In this document: positions 56,283-64,000 of the stretch, piece by piece
How positions within the stretch are numbered: the first letter of the stretch is position 1
How the letters are laid out: each line of letters starts with the position of its first letter
NCBI RefSeq assembly: GCF_030013205.1
Contig: NZ_CP122648.1
Reading direction: 5' to 3' (one strand)
DNA length: 64,000 nt
From: Escherichia coli
GTDB taxonomy: Bacteria; Pseudomonadota; Gammaproteobacteria; Enterobacterales; Enterobacteriaceae
The notes under the pieces: model-generated
Told to the model about the DNA's origin: nothing
Database searches by the model: none
What the model saw: only the letters and a program-made list of their open reading frames with translations
Position numbers and translations under genes: made by a program

Positions 56283-58136
56283 ATGAGACGATTTCTGACG
56301 ACGCTGATGATACTCCTGGTCGTGCTGGTGGCCGGGTTATCTGCGTTAGTGTTGCTGGTGAATCCGAATGATTTCCGCGACTATATGGTCAAGCAAGTTG
56401 CTGCACGTAGCGGTTATCAATTGCAGCTCGACGGGCCACTGCGTTGGCACGTCTGGCCGCAGCTTAGTATCCTCTCCGGGCGAATGTCTCTCACCGCCCA
56501 GGGCGCGAGCCAGCCACTGGTTCGCGCCGACAACATGCGTCTGGACGTGGCGCTTTTACCACTACTGAGTCATCAACTGAGCGTTAAGCAGGTGATGCTA
56601 AAAGGGGCAGTGATCCAACTGACGCCGCAGACGGAAGCGGTGCGCAGTGAAGACGCTCCGGTTGCACCGCGCGACAATACCTTGCCGGATCTGTCAGACG
56701 ATCGCGGATGGTCGTTTGATATATCCAGTCTTAAGGTGGCGGACAGCGTGCTGGTGTTCCAGCATGAAGATGACGAGCAGGTGACAATCCGCAATATCCG
56801 TCTGCAAATGGAACAAGATCCCCAACATCGTGGCTCATTTGAGTTCTCCGGGCGGGTTAATCGCGATCAGCGCGATCTCACGATATCCCTTAACGGTACG
56901 GTAGATGCTTCTGATTATCCGCATGATTTAACGGCGGCTATTGAACAAATTAACTGGCAGTTGCAGGGTGCAGATTTACCAAAACAAGGTATTCAGGGGC
57001 AGGGGAGTTTCCAGGCCCAGTGGCAGGAGTCACATAAACGCCTTTCATTTAACCAAATCAGCTTGACCGCCAATGACAGTACGCTGAGCGGGCAAGCACA
57101 GGTCACACTGACAGAGAAACCGGAATGGCAGCTGAGGCTGCAATTCCCGCAACTGAATCTTGACAACCTCATCCCCCTTAATGAAACAGCGAACGGTGAG
57201 AACGGTGCCGCGCAGCAAGGGCAGAGCCAATCAACGTTGCCGCGCCCGGTCATTTCTTCGCGTATTGATGAACCGGCCTATCAGGGACTGCAAGGCTTTA
57301 CGGCTGATATTTTGTTGCAGGCCAGTAACGTGCGCTGGCGCGGAATGAATTTTACAGATGTTGCCACGCAAATGACCAACAAGTCGGGTTTACTGGAAAT
57401 TACTCAACTGCAGGGCAAACTTAACGGTGGACAGGTTTCGCTGCCGGGCACGCTGGACGCGACATCAATAAATCCGCGGATAAACTTCCAGCCACGGCTG
57501 GAAAACGTTGAGATTGGTACCATTCTGAAGGCGTTTAACTATCCGATTTCGTTGACCGGAAAAATGTCACTGGCTGGTGATTTCTCCGGTGCTGACATAG
57601 ATGCCGACGCATTCCGCCACAACTGGCAAGGACAGGCACATGTCGAAATGACCGACACGCGCATGGAAGGGATGAACTTCCAGCAGATGATTCAGCAAGC
57701 GGTAGAACGTAATGGTGGTGATGTGAAGGCCGCTGAAAACTTCGATAACGTAACGCGTCTTGACCGCTTTACCACCGATTTGACGTTGAAGGATGGCGTC
57801 GTGACGTTAAACGACATGCAAGGTCAATCGCCTGTGCTGGCGCTTACAGGGGAAGGTATGTTGAATCTGGCAGATCAAACCTGCGACACCCAGTTTGATA
57901 TTCGGGTCGTGGGTGGCTGGAACGGGGAAAGCAAACTGATTGATTTCCTCAAAGAAACGCCAGTACCGCTGCGGGTTTATGGCAACTGGCAGCAACTCAA
58001 TTACAGTCTGCAAGTGGATCAGTTACTGCGCAAACATCTACAGGACGAAGCGAAACGTCGCCTGAATGACTGGGCCGAGCGGAATAAAGATTCCCGCAAT
58101 GGCAAAGATGTGAAGAAGTTGCTGGAGAAGATGTAG
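56283..58136 (+). CDS. asmA: AsmA outer-membrane assembly protein
   Basis: 617 aa with N-terminal membrane anchor. Confidence 0.9.
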   Translation: MRRFLTTLMILLVVLVAGLSALVLLVNPNDFRDYMVKQVAARSGYQLQLDGPLRWHVWPQLSILSGRMSLTAQGASQPLVRADNMRLDVALLPLLSHQLSVKQVMLKGAVIQLTPQTEAVRSEDAPVAPRDNTLPDLSDDRGWSFDISSLKVADSVLVFQHEDDEQVTIRNIRLQMEQDPQHRGSFEFSGRVNRDQRDLTISLNGTVDASDYPHDLTAAIEQINWQLQGADLPKQGIQGQGSFQAQWQESHKRLSFNQISLTANDSTLSGQAQVTLTEKPEWQLRLQFPQLNLDNLIPLNETANGENGAAQQGQSQSTLPRPVISSRIDEPAYQGLQGFTADILLQASNVRWRGMNFTDVATQMTNKSGLLEITQLQGKLNGGQVSLPGTLDATSINPRINFQPRLENVEIGTILKAFNYPISLTGKMSLAGDFSGADIDADAFRHNWQGQAHVEMTDTRMEGMNFQQMIQQAVERNGGDVKAAENFDNVTRLDRFTTDLTLKDGVVTLNDMQGQSPVLALTGEGMLNLADQTCDTQFDIRVVGGWNGESKLIDFLKETPVPLRVYGNWQQLNYSLQVDQLLRKHLQDEAKRRLNDWAERNKDSRNGKDVKKLLEKM

Positions 58137-58149
58137 GTTACCAGGTGAC

Positions 58150-58200
58150 CTGTCCTGTAGGCCTGATAAGACGCGTAAAGCGTCGCATCAGGCGTTCGTG
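58150..58200. repeat. REP element after asmA
   Basis: TGTAGGCCTGATAAGACGCG…GCGTCGCATCAGGC palindromic unit. Confidence 0.55.
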
Positions 58201-58428
58201 GCGGCACCATTATATTCTGAATATGTAAGATCGAAGGCTGTTCCGTTCACTTGATGTTCCTCGCTACTATGGAACGCTCAAGCCGGTGAACGTGCCAGGG
58301 TGGCTCAATCTCCACCACCCTGGCAACCCGGACCCACACCCCCGCTGTGATGTCCATGTACCACAGACAACGCTTCATTGCTGAAGTTATAAGGCGTTAC
58401 GCAGCATTGGGTAAAATGGCCGATACCA

Positions 58429-60012
58429 TCACACCTCGTACTCCATCTCGCCATCCTTACGCAGCGGTATAATCTGCACCTTCTGCACGCGATGGCTTTC
58501 CACCTGCAACGTTTTAAGCAAATAATCCCCCACCTGAACTTCTTCGCCAGGTTTTGGAATACGCTGCAAATATTCCATCAGCAGCCCGGCAATGGTGTGA
58601 TATTCGCGTTTCTCATCCAGCGGTAGCGGCACATATTGCACCAGATCTTCCAGTGGCATATGACCATTCGCCGTCCAGGAACCGTCGGCGTTTTTCTGAA
58701 TATCATGGCGGGCGTCGATCTCTTCCACTTCGTTCGGCAAGTTACCGGCAATAGTTTCCGTGACGTCACTTAATGTCACAATCCCTTCCACCGAGCCAAA
58801 CTCATCCACTACAAAAGCAAAGTGCGTGCGGGCATTACGGAACTGCTCCAGGGCAGGTAACAACGGCAAGGTTTCCGGGAACACCAGCGGCTGGCGAATC
58901 AACACCCGCAGGTTGAGCGGTTCGCCGCGCAGAGACTGTTGTAGCAGGTCGATAACGTGAACAACACCGAGCAAATCTTCTGCGTCATCACCGTCGGTAA
59001 CCACCAGCCGCGTATGCTGATTTCGCTCCAGCAACTGGCGGATTTCTTCTTCCGGCGCGTTGAGATCGATATGCTCAATATCGTGGCGCGACGTCATAAT
59101 GCTGCTGACGGTACGCTGGTTAAGATTAAGTACCCGCTCAATCATCCGCCGTTCCTGCGGATTAAAGATTTGCTGGTTACCATGATCCACCAGCATGGAC
59201 GCGGTTTCGGCGTCCAGTTCCGCATCTTCTTTTTGCCCGCTAAGCAGGCGCATTACCGCTTCGGTAGTCCGCTGGCGCAGCGTCTGGTTAGCGGAAAGAA
59301 AACGTCGCCGGTTAAAGATAGCCAACTGATTGAGCGCCTCGATCATCACCGAGAAACCAATAGCAGCGTACAGGTAGCCTTTCGGAATGACGAAGCCGAA
59401 ACCTTCTGCCACCAGGCTAAAGCCAATCATCAACAGGAAGCTTAAGCAGAGAATAACGATCGTCGGGTGACTGTTAACAAATTGCGTTAACGGCTTGCTG
59501 GCCATCAACATCAGGCTAATAGCGATAACGACGGCGGCCATCATGACCAGTAAATGGTCGACCATCCCGACGGCGGTAATCACCGAGTCGAGTGAGAAGA
59601 TGGCGTCCAGTACCACAATTTGTGTCACCACCCCCCAGAACTTCGCACCTTTGCGTTGCGTGGGGTTATTGCTGTCTTTCCCTTCCAGCCGTTCGTTCAG
59701 CTCCATCGTGGCTTTGAACAGCAGGAAGAAACCACCAAACAGCATGATTAAGTCGCGGGCGCTAAAGGTAAACGAGCGGAAGCTGAATAGCGGTTGTGTC
59801 AGGGTGACCAGCCAGGAGATTGACGCCAGCAGTAACAGGCGCATTAACATCGCCAGCAGCAGCCCGGTAACCCGTGCGCGGTCGCGCTGCTTCGGCGGTA
59901 GTTTTTCGGCGAGGATGGCAATAAAGACCAGGTTATCAATGCCGAGGACCAGTTCGATCACAATCAGCGTGATTAACCCGGCCCAGATAGACGGATCGGC
60001 AATCCATTCCAT
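58429..60012 (-). CDS. yegH: TerC-family membrane protein with CBS pair and CorC/HlyC C-terminal domain
   Basis: 527 aa from ATG 60012 ([10 protein letters not shown]…). Confidence 0.85.
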   Translation of the reverse strand: MEWIADPSIWAGLITLIVIELVLGIDNLVFIAILAEKLPPKQRDRARVTGLLLAMLMRLLLLASISWLVTLTQPLFSFRSFTFSARDLIMLFGGFFLLFKATMELNERLEGKDSNNPTQRKGAKFWGVVTQIVVLDAIFSLDSVITAVGMVDHLLVMMAAVVIAISLMLMASKPLTQFVNSHPTIVILCLSFLLMIGFSLVAEGFGFVIPKGYLYAAIGFSVMIEALNQLAIFNRRRFLSANQTLRQRTTEAVMRLLSGQKEDAELDAETASMLVDHGNQQIFNPQERRMIERVLNLNQRTVSSIMTSRHDIEHIDLNAPEEEIRQLLERNQHTRLVVTDGDDAEDLLGVVHVIDLLQQSLRGEPLNLRVLIRQPLVFPETLPLLPALEQFRNARTHFAFVVDEFGSVEGIVTLSDVTETIAGNLPNEVEEIDARHDIQKNADGSWTANGHMPLEDLVQYVPLPLDEKREYHTIAGLLMEYLQRIPKPGEEVQVGDYLLKTLQVESHRVQKVQIIPLRKDGEMEYEV

Positions 60013-60480
60013 AGTAAGTACAAAACCTATTCGTTGTATGACAAATGTCACAATTCGATCATGGATAAATCGGGGCAAAAATGCAATGTTGCAGCACTAT
60101 TTATCTCATATTATTTGAGGTTTATAACCTCACATTATCCCTTAATTAAAAGTGGTAATAATAAAACATTATTTAAGAAATATCGCATGTGGAGACACTA
60201 TATTAAATATTGTCAATCTAAAGAAACTCCTAAAAACCATATTGAATGACACTTAATATAATTCTTAAAAATAGCCAATTGCCGAATTGTTACCTTGCCT
60301 GCTATTCCGTTAGCTGTAACACTTCCTCCTGCATTATTGGAGAGCCAATATTCAATTACCATAATGTCACCTTATATTCGGAAGTTAATTTTCGCAATAA
60401 CCCTTTCTCATCAACGACTGTATGTTGAGAGGGTTTTAAAAATTAAGCTAAATCAGTGTATTGGTAGCTAAAAAGCCAGG

Positions 60481-60492
60481 GGCGGTAGCGTG
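60481..60492 (+). promoter_or_regulatory. ops element (RfaH recruitment site, JUMPstart) in colanic-acid operon leader
   Basis: Exact GGCGGTAGCGTG ~180 bp upstream of wza. Confidence 0.7.
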
Positions 60493-60670
60493 TCTGGATG
60501 CCTGAAAGACCAGTCTGAATTATTCTGTCAATAGCCTGCGGATGAAATCAATTTTTTTAGGACTGATGCCAGTTAAATTTTTATTCAATTAACTGCAAGG
60601 TAAATGTGCATGGCGACATTGCTATTAATAGTGCACAGGATAATTACTCTGCCAAAGTGATAAATAAACA

Positions 60671-61810
60671 ATGATGAAATCCAAAATGAAATTGATGCCA
60701 TTATTGGTGTCAGTAACCTTGATAAGCGGTTGCACAGTACTTCCGGGCAGCAATATGTCGACGATGGGCAAAGACGTCATCAAACAGCAGGACGCTGATT
60801 TCGATCTCGACAAAATGGTGAATGTTTATCCGTTGACCCCGCGCCTGATTGACCAATTACGTCCACGACCCAACGTAGCGCGCCCCAATATGACGCTGGA
60901 AAGTGAGATCGCGAATTACCAGTATCGCGTCGGGCCGGGGGACGTTCTTAATGTCACCGTCTGGGATCACCCGGAACTCACCACGCCAGCCGGTCAGTAC
61001 CGTAGCTCCAGCGACACCGGCAACTGGGTACAGCCTGACGGCACCATGTTCTACCCGTATATCGGCAAAGTTCACGTGGTGGGGAAAACGCTCGCTGAAA
61101 TCCGCAGTGATATTACCGGGCGCTTAGCGACGTACATCGCTGACCCGCAGGTGGACGTTAATATCGCCGCCTTCCGCTCGCAAAAAGCGTATATCTCAGG
61201 TCAGGTGAATAAATCCGGTCAACAGGCCATCACCAACGTACCACTGACCATTCTCGATGCCATCAACGCCGCAGGTGGCCTGACCGACACCGCTGACTGG
61301 CGCAACGTGGTGCTAACACACAATGGTCGTGAAGAACGCATTTCTTTGCAGGCGCTGATGCAAAACGGCGACCTCAATCAGAACCGACTGCTTTATCCCG
61401 GCGATATTCTCTACGTGCCGCGTAATGATGATCTGAAAGTATTTGTGATGGGTGAAGTGAAAAAACAGAGCACCCTGAAAATGGACTTTAGCGGCATGAC
61501 CCTGACTGAAGCCCTGGGCAATGCTGAAGGCATCGACATGACCACCTCCAACGCCAGCGGCATCTTTGTCATTCGTCCGCTGAAAGGCGAGGGCGGGCGT
61601 AACGGCAAGATTGCCAATATCTATCAGCTGGATATGTCCGATGCCACGTCGCTGGTGATGGCGACAGAATTCCGCCTGCAACCTTATGACGTGGTGTATG
61701 TCACCACCGCACCGGTTTCCCGCTGGAACCGTCTGATCAATCAGTTGCTGCCAACTATTAGCGGTGTCCGTTACATGACGGATACAGCCAGCGACATTCA
61801 TAACTGGTAA
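60671..61810 (+). CDS. wza: Outer-membrane polysaccharide export lipoprotein
   Basis: 379 aa, lipobox LISGC. Confidence 0.95.
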   Translation: MMKSKMKLMPLLVSVTLISGCTVLPGSNMSTMGKDVIKQQDADFDLDKMVNVYPLTPRLIDQLRPRPNVARPNMTLESEIANYQYRVGPGDVLNVTVWDHPELTTPAGQYRSSSDTGNWVQPDGTMFYPYIGKVHVVGKTLAEIRSDITGRLATYIADPQVDVNIAAFRSQKAYISGQVNKSGQQAITNVPLTILDAINAAGGLTDTADWRNVVLTHNGREERISLQALMQNGDLNQNRLLYPGDILYVPRNDDLKVFVMGEVKKQSTLKMDFSGMTLTEALGNAEGIDMTTSNASGIFVIRPLKGEGGRNGKIANIYQLDMSDATSLVMATEFRLQPYDVVYVTTAPVSRWNRLINQLLPTISGVRYMTDTASDIHNW

Positions 61811-61815
61811 TCGTC

Positions 61816-62259
61816 ATGTTTAACAACATCTTAGTTGTCTGCGTCGGCAATATTTGCCGTTCCCCGACGGCGGAACGCTTACTGCAACGTTATCACCCGG
61901 AGCTAAAAGTGGAGTCCGCTGGACTCGGCGCGCTGGTCGGTAAGGGCGCTGACCCTACCGCTATCAGCATCGCCGCAGAACATCAACTGTCTCTGGAAGG
62001 TCACTGTGCCCGTCAAATCAGCCGCAGCCTGTGTCGCAACTACGACCTGATTTTGACCATGGAAAAGCGCCATATCGAACGCTTATGCGAGATGGCACCT
62101 GAGATGCGCGGCAAAGTGATGCTGTTTGGTCACTGGGATAACGAATGTGAAATCCCCGATCCATATCGCAAAAGCCGGGAAACGTTTGCAGCGGTGTACA
62201 CATTACTTGAACGGTCTGCCCGCCAGTGGGCGCAGGCATTGAACGCAGAGCAGGTATAA
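61816..62259 (+). CDS. wzb: Low-molecular-weight protein-tyrosine phosphatase
   Basis: 147 aa; CX5R motif (CVGNICRS). Confidence 0.95.
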   Translation: MFNNILVVCVGNICRSPTAERLLQRYHPELKVESAGLGALVGKGADPTAISIAAEHQLSLEGHCARQISRSLCRNYDLILTMEKRHIERLCEMAPEMRGKVMLFGHWDNECEIPDPYRKSRETFAAVYTLLERSARQWAQALNAEQV

Positions 62260-62261
62260 GA

Positions 62262-64000
62262 ATGACAGAAAAAGTAAAACAACATGCCGCTCCGGTAACG
62301 GGCAGTGATGAAATCGATATTGGTCGCCTGGTCGGCACCGTCATTGAAGCGCGCTGGTGGGTGATTGGCATCACCGCCGTATTTGCCCTCTGTGCCGTGG
62401 TTTACACCTTCTTCGCCACGCCGATTTATAGTGCCGACGCACTGGTACAAATCGAGCAAAACAGCGGCAATTCGTTAGTGCAGGACATTGGTTCGGCATT
62501 AGCCAACAAACCGCCAGCATCGGACGCCGAGATCCAGTTGATTCGTTCGCGTCTGGTGCTTGGTAAAACGGTGGACGATCTCGACCTCGATATTGCGGTG
62601 AGCAAAAACACGTTCCCGATTTTCGGTGCGGGCTGGGATCGCCTGATGGGACGCCAGAACGAGACGGTAAAAGTGACCACCTTTAACCGCCCGAAAGAGA
62701 TGGCGGAACAGGTGTTTACGCTTAATGTGCTGGACGATAAAAACTACACTCTGAGCAGCGATGGCGGCTTTAGCGCCCGTGGGCAAGCGGGCCAGATGCT
62801 GAAAAAAGAAGGCGTCACGCTGATGGTTGAAGCCATTCACGCCCGCCCGGGTAGTGAGTTTACCGTCACCAAATACTCCACGCTGGGGATGATCAATCAA
62901 CTACAAAACAGCCTGACGGTAACGGAGAACGGCAAAGACGCAGGCGTACTGAGCCTGACTTATACCGGTGAAGATCGCGAACAGATCCGCGACATTCTTA
63001 ACAGCATCGCTCGTAACTATCAGGAACAAAATATTGAGCGCAAATCGGCGGAAGCGTCGAAAAGCCTCGCTTTCCTCGCGCAACAGTTACCGGAAGTACG
63101 TAGCCGCCTTGATGTTGCCGAAAACAAACTGAATGCCTTCCGTCAGGATAAAGATTCTGTTGATCTGCCGCTGGAAGCGAAAGCGGTGCTCGATTCGATG
63201 GTGAACATCGACGCGCAGTTGAACGAACTGACCTTTAAAGAAGCGGAAATCTCCAAGCTATACACCAAAGTTCACCCGGCGTATCGCACGCTGCTGGAGA
63301 AACGGCAGGCGCTGGAAGAAGAGAAAGCCAAACTTAACGGTCGCGTAACGGCGATGCCGAGAACTCAGCAGGAAATTGTCCGTCTGACCCGCGATGTCGA
63401 GTCTGGGCAGCAGGTCTATATGCAGCTGCTGAATAAAGAGCAGGAGCTGAAAATCACCGAAGCCAGCACCGTCGGCGATGTGCGCATTGTTGACCCGGCA
63501 ATCACCCAGCCAGGTGTGCTGAAACCGAAGAAAGGGCTGATTATCCTCGGTGCGATTATCCTTGGCCTGATGCTCTCTATCGTGGGTGTACTGCTGCGCT
63601 CGTTGTTTAATCGCGGCATCGAAAGCCCGCAAGTGCTGGAAGAACACGGTATCAGCGTATATGCCAGCATCCCGCTGTCGGAGTGGCAAAAAGCGCGCGA
63701 TAGCGTCAAAACCATCAAAGGGGTTAAACGCTATAAACAGAGCCAGCTACTGGCGGTGGGGAATCCAACCGATCTGGCGATTGAAGCCATCCGCAGTCTG
63801 CGTACCAGTCTGCACTTCGCGATGATGCAGGCGCAGAACAATGTGTTGATGATGACCGGGGTTAGCCCGTCAATCGGTAAAACCTTTGTCTGCGCCAACC
63901 TGGCGGCGGTGATCAGCCAGACCAATAAACGGGTGTTGTTGATCGACTGCGATATGCGCAAAGGCTACACCCACGAGCTGTTGGGCACTAATAACGTTAA
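62262..64000 (+). CDS. wzc: Tyrosine autokinase / polysaccharide co-polymerase, 5' portion (continues past window end)
   Basis: Starts MTEKVKQHAAPVTGSDEIDIGRL…; open to window end. Confidence 0.9.
   Translation, partial: MTEKVKQHAAPVTGSDEIDIGRLVGTVIEARWWVIGITAVFALCAVVYTFFATPIYSADALVQIEQNSGNSLVQDIGSALANKPPASDAEIQLIRSRLVLGKTVDDLDLDIAVSKNTFPIFGAGWDRLMGRQNETVKVTTFNRPKEMAEQVFTLNVLDDKNYTLSSDGGFSARGQAGQMLKKEGVTLMVEAIHARPGSEFTVTKYSTLGMINQLQNSLTVTENGKDAGVLSLTYTGEDREQIRDILNSIARNYQEQNIERKSAEASKSLAFLAQQLPEVRSRLDVAENKLNAFRQDKDSVDLPLEAKAVLDSMVNIDAQLNELTFKEAEISKLYTKVHPAYRTLLEKRQALEEEKAKLNGRVTAMPRTQQEIVRLTRDVESGQQVYMQLLNKEQELKITEASTVGDVRIVDPAITQPGVLKPKKGLIILGAIILGLMLSIVGVLLRSLFNRGIESPQVLEEHGISVYASIPLSEWQKARDSVKTIKGVKRYKQSQLLAVGNPTDLAIEAIRSLRTSLHFAMMQAQNNVLMMTGVSPSIGKTFVCANLAAVISQTNKRVLLIDCDMRKGYTHELLGTNNV

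Overview
Enterobacterial (Escherichia coli-like) chromosomal window, recognised from protein and RNA sequence memory rather than any search. Backbone gene order: yehD'(3' end)-yehCBA fimbrial operon, rcnB-rcnA/rcnR nickel-cobalt efflux, thiMD with its TPP riboswitch, yegXWVUT, fbaB, gatYZABCDR, yegS, yegR, cyaR sRNA, yegQ, yegP, baeRS-mdtDCBA (minus strand), a tandem ibs/sib type I toxin-antitoxin array, yegLKI, yegD, alkA, dgcE, udk, dcd, asmA, yegH, and the start of the colanic acid cluster wza-wzb-wzc'. The main non-backbone feature is an ~8.8 kb integrase-bearing island between rcnR and thiM, flanked by a perfect 78-bp direct repeat made of the thiM TPP-riboswitch aptamer. It carries a tyrosine integrase, a 523-aa ParB-like (DUF262/DGQHR-type)-HNH fusion nuclease that I consider a candidate single-gene anti-phage or type IV restriction-like system, a secreted small protein, an XRE regulator, a serine recombinase with res-like sites, a 1.9 kb ORF-free iteron-rich region, and small RHH/HTH genes. 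Other strain-level observations: three ibs/sib repeat units, an apparently short gatC, an intact gatR and no prophage remnant between cyaR and yegR. Most ORF-track entries lying antisense inside the long backbone genes are treated as spurious.
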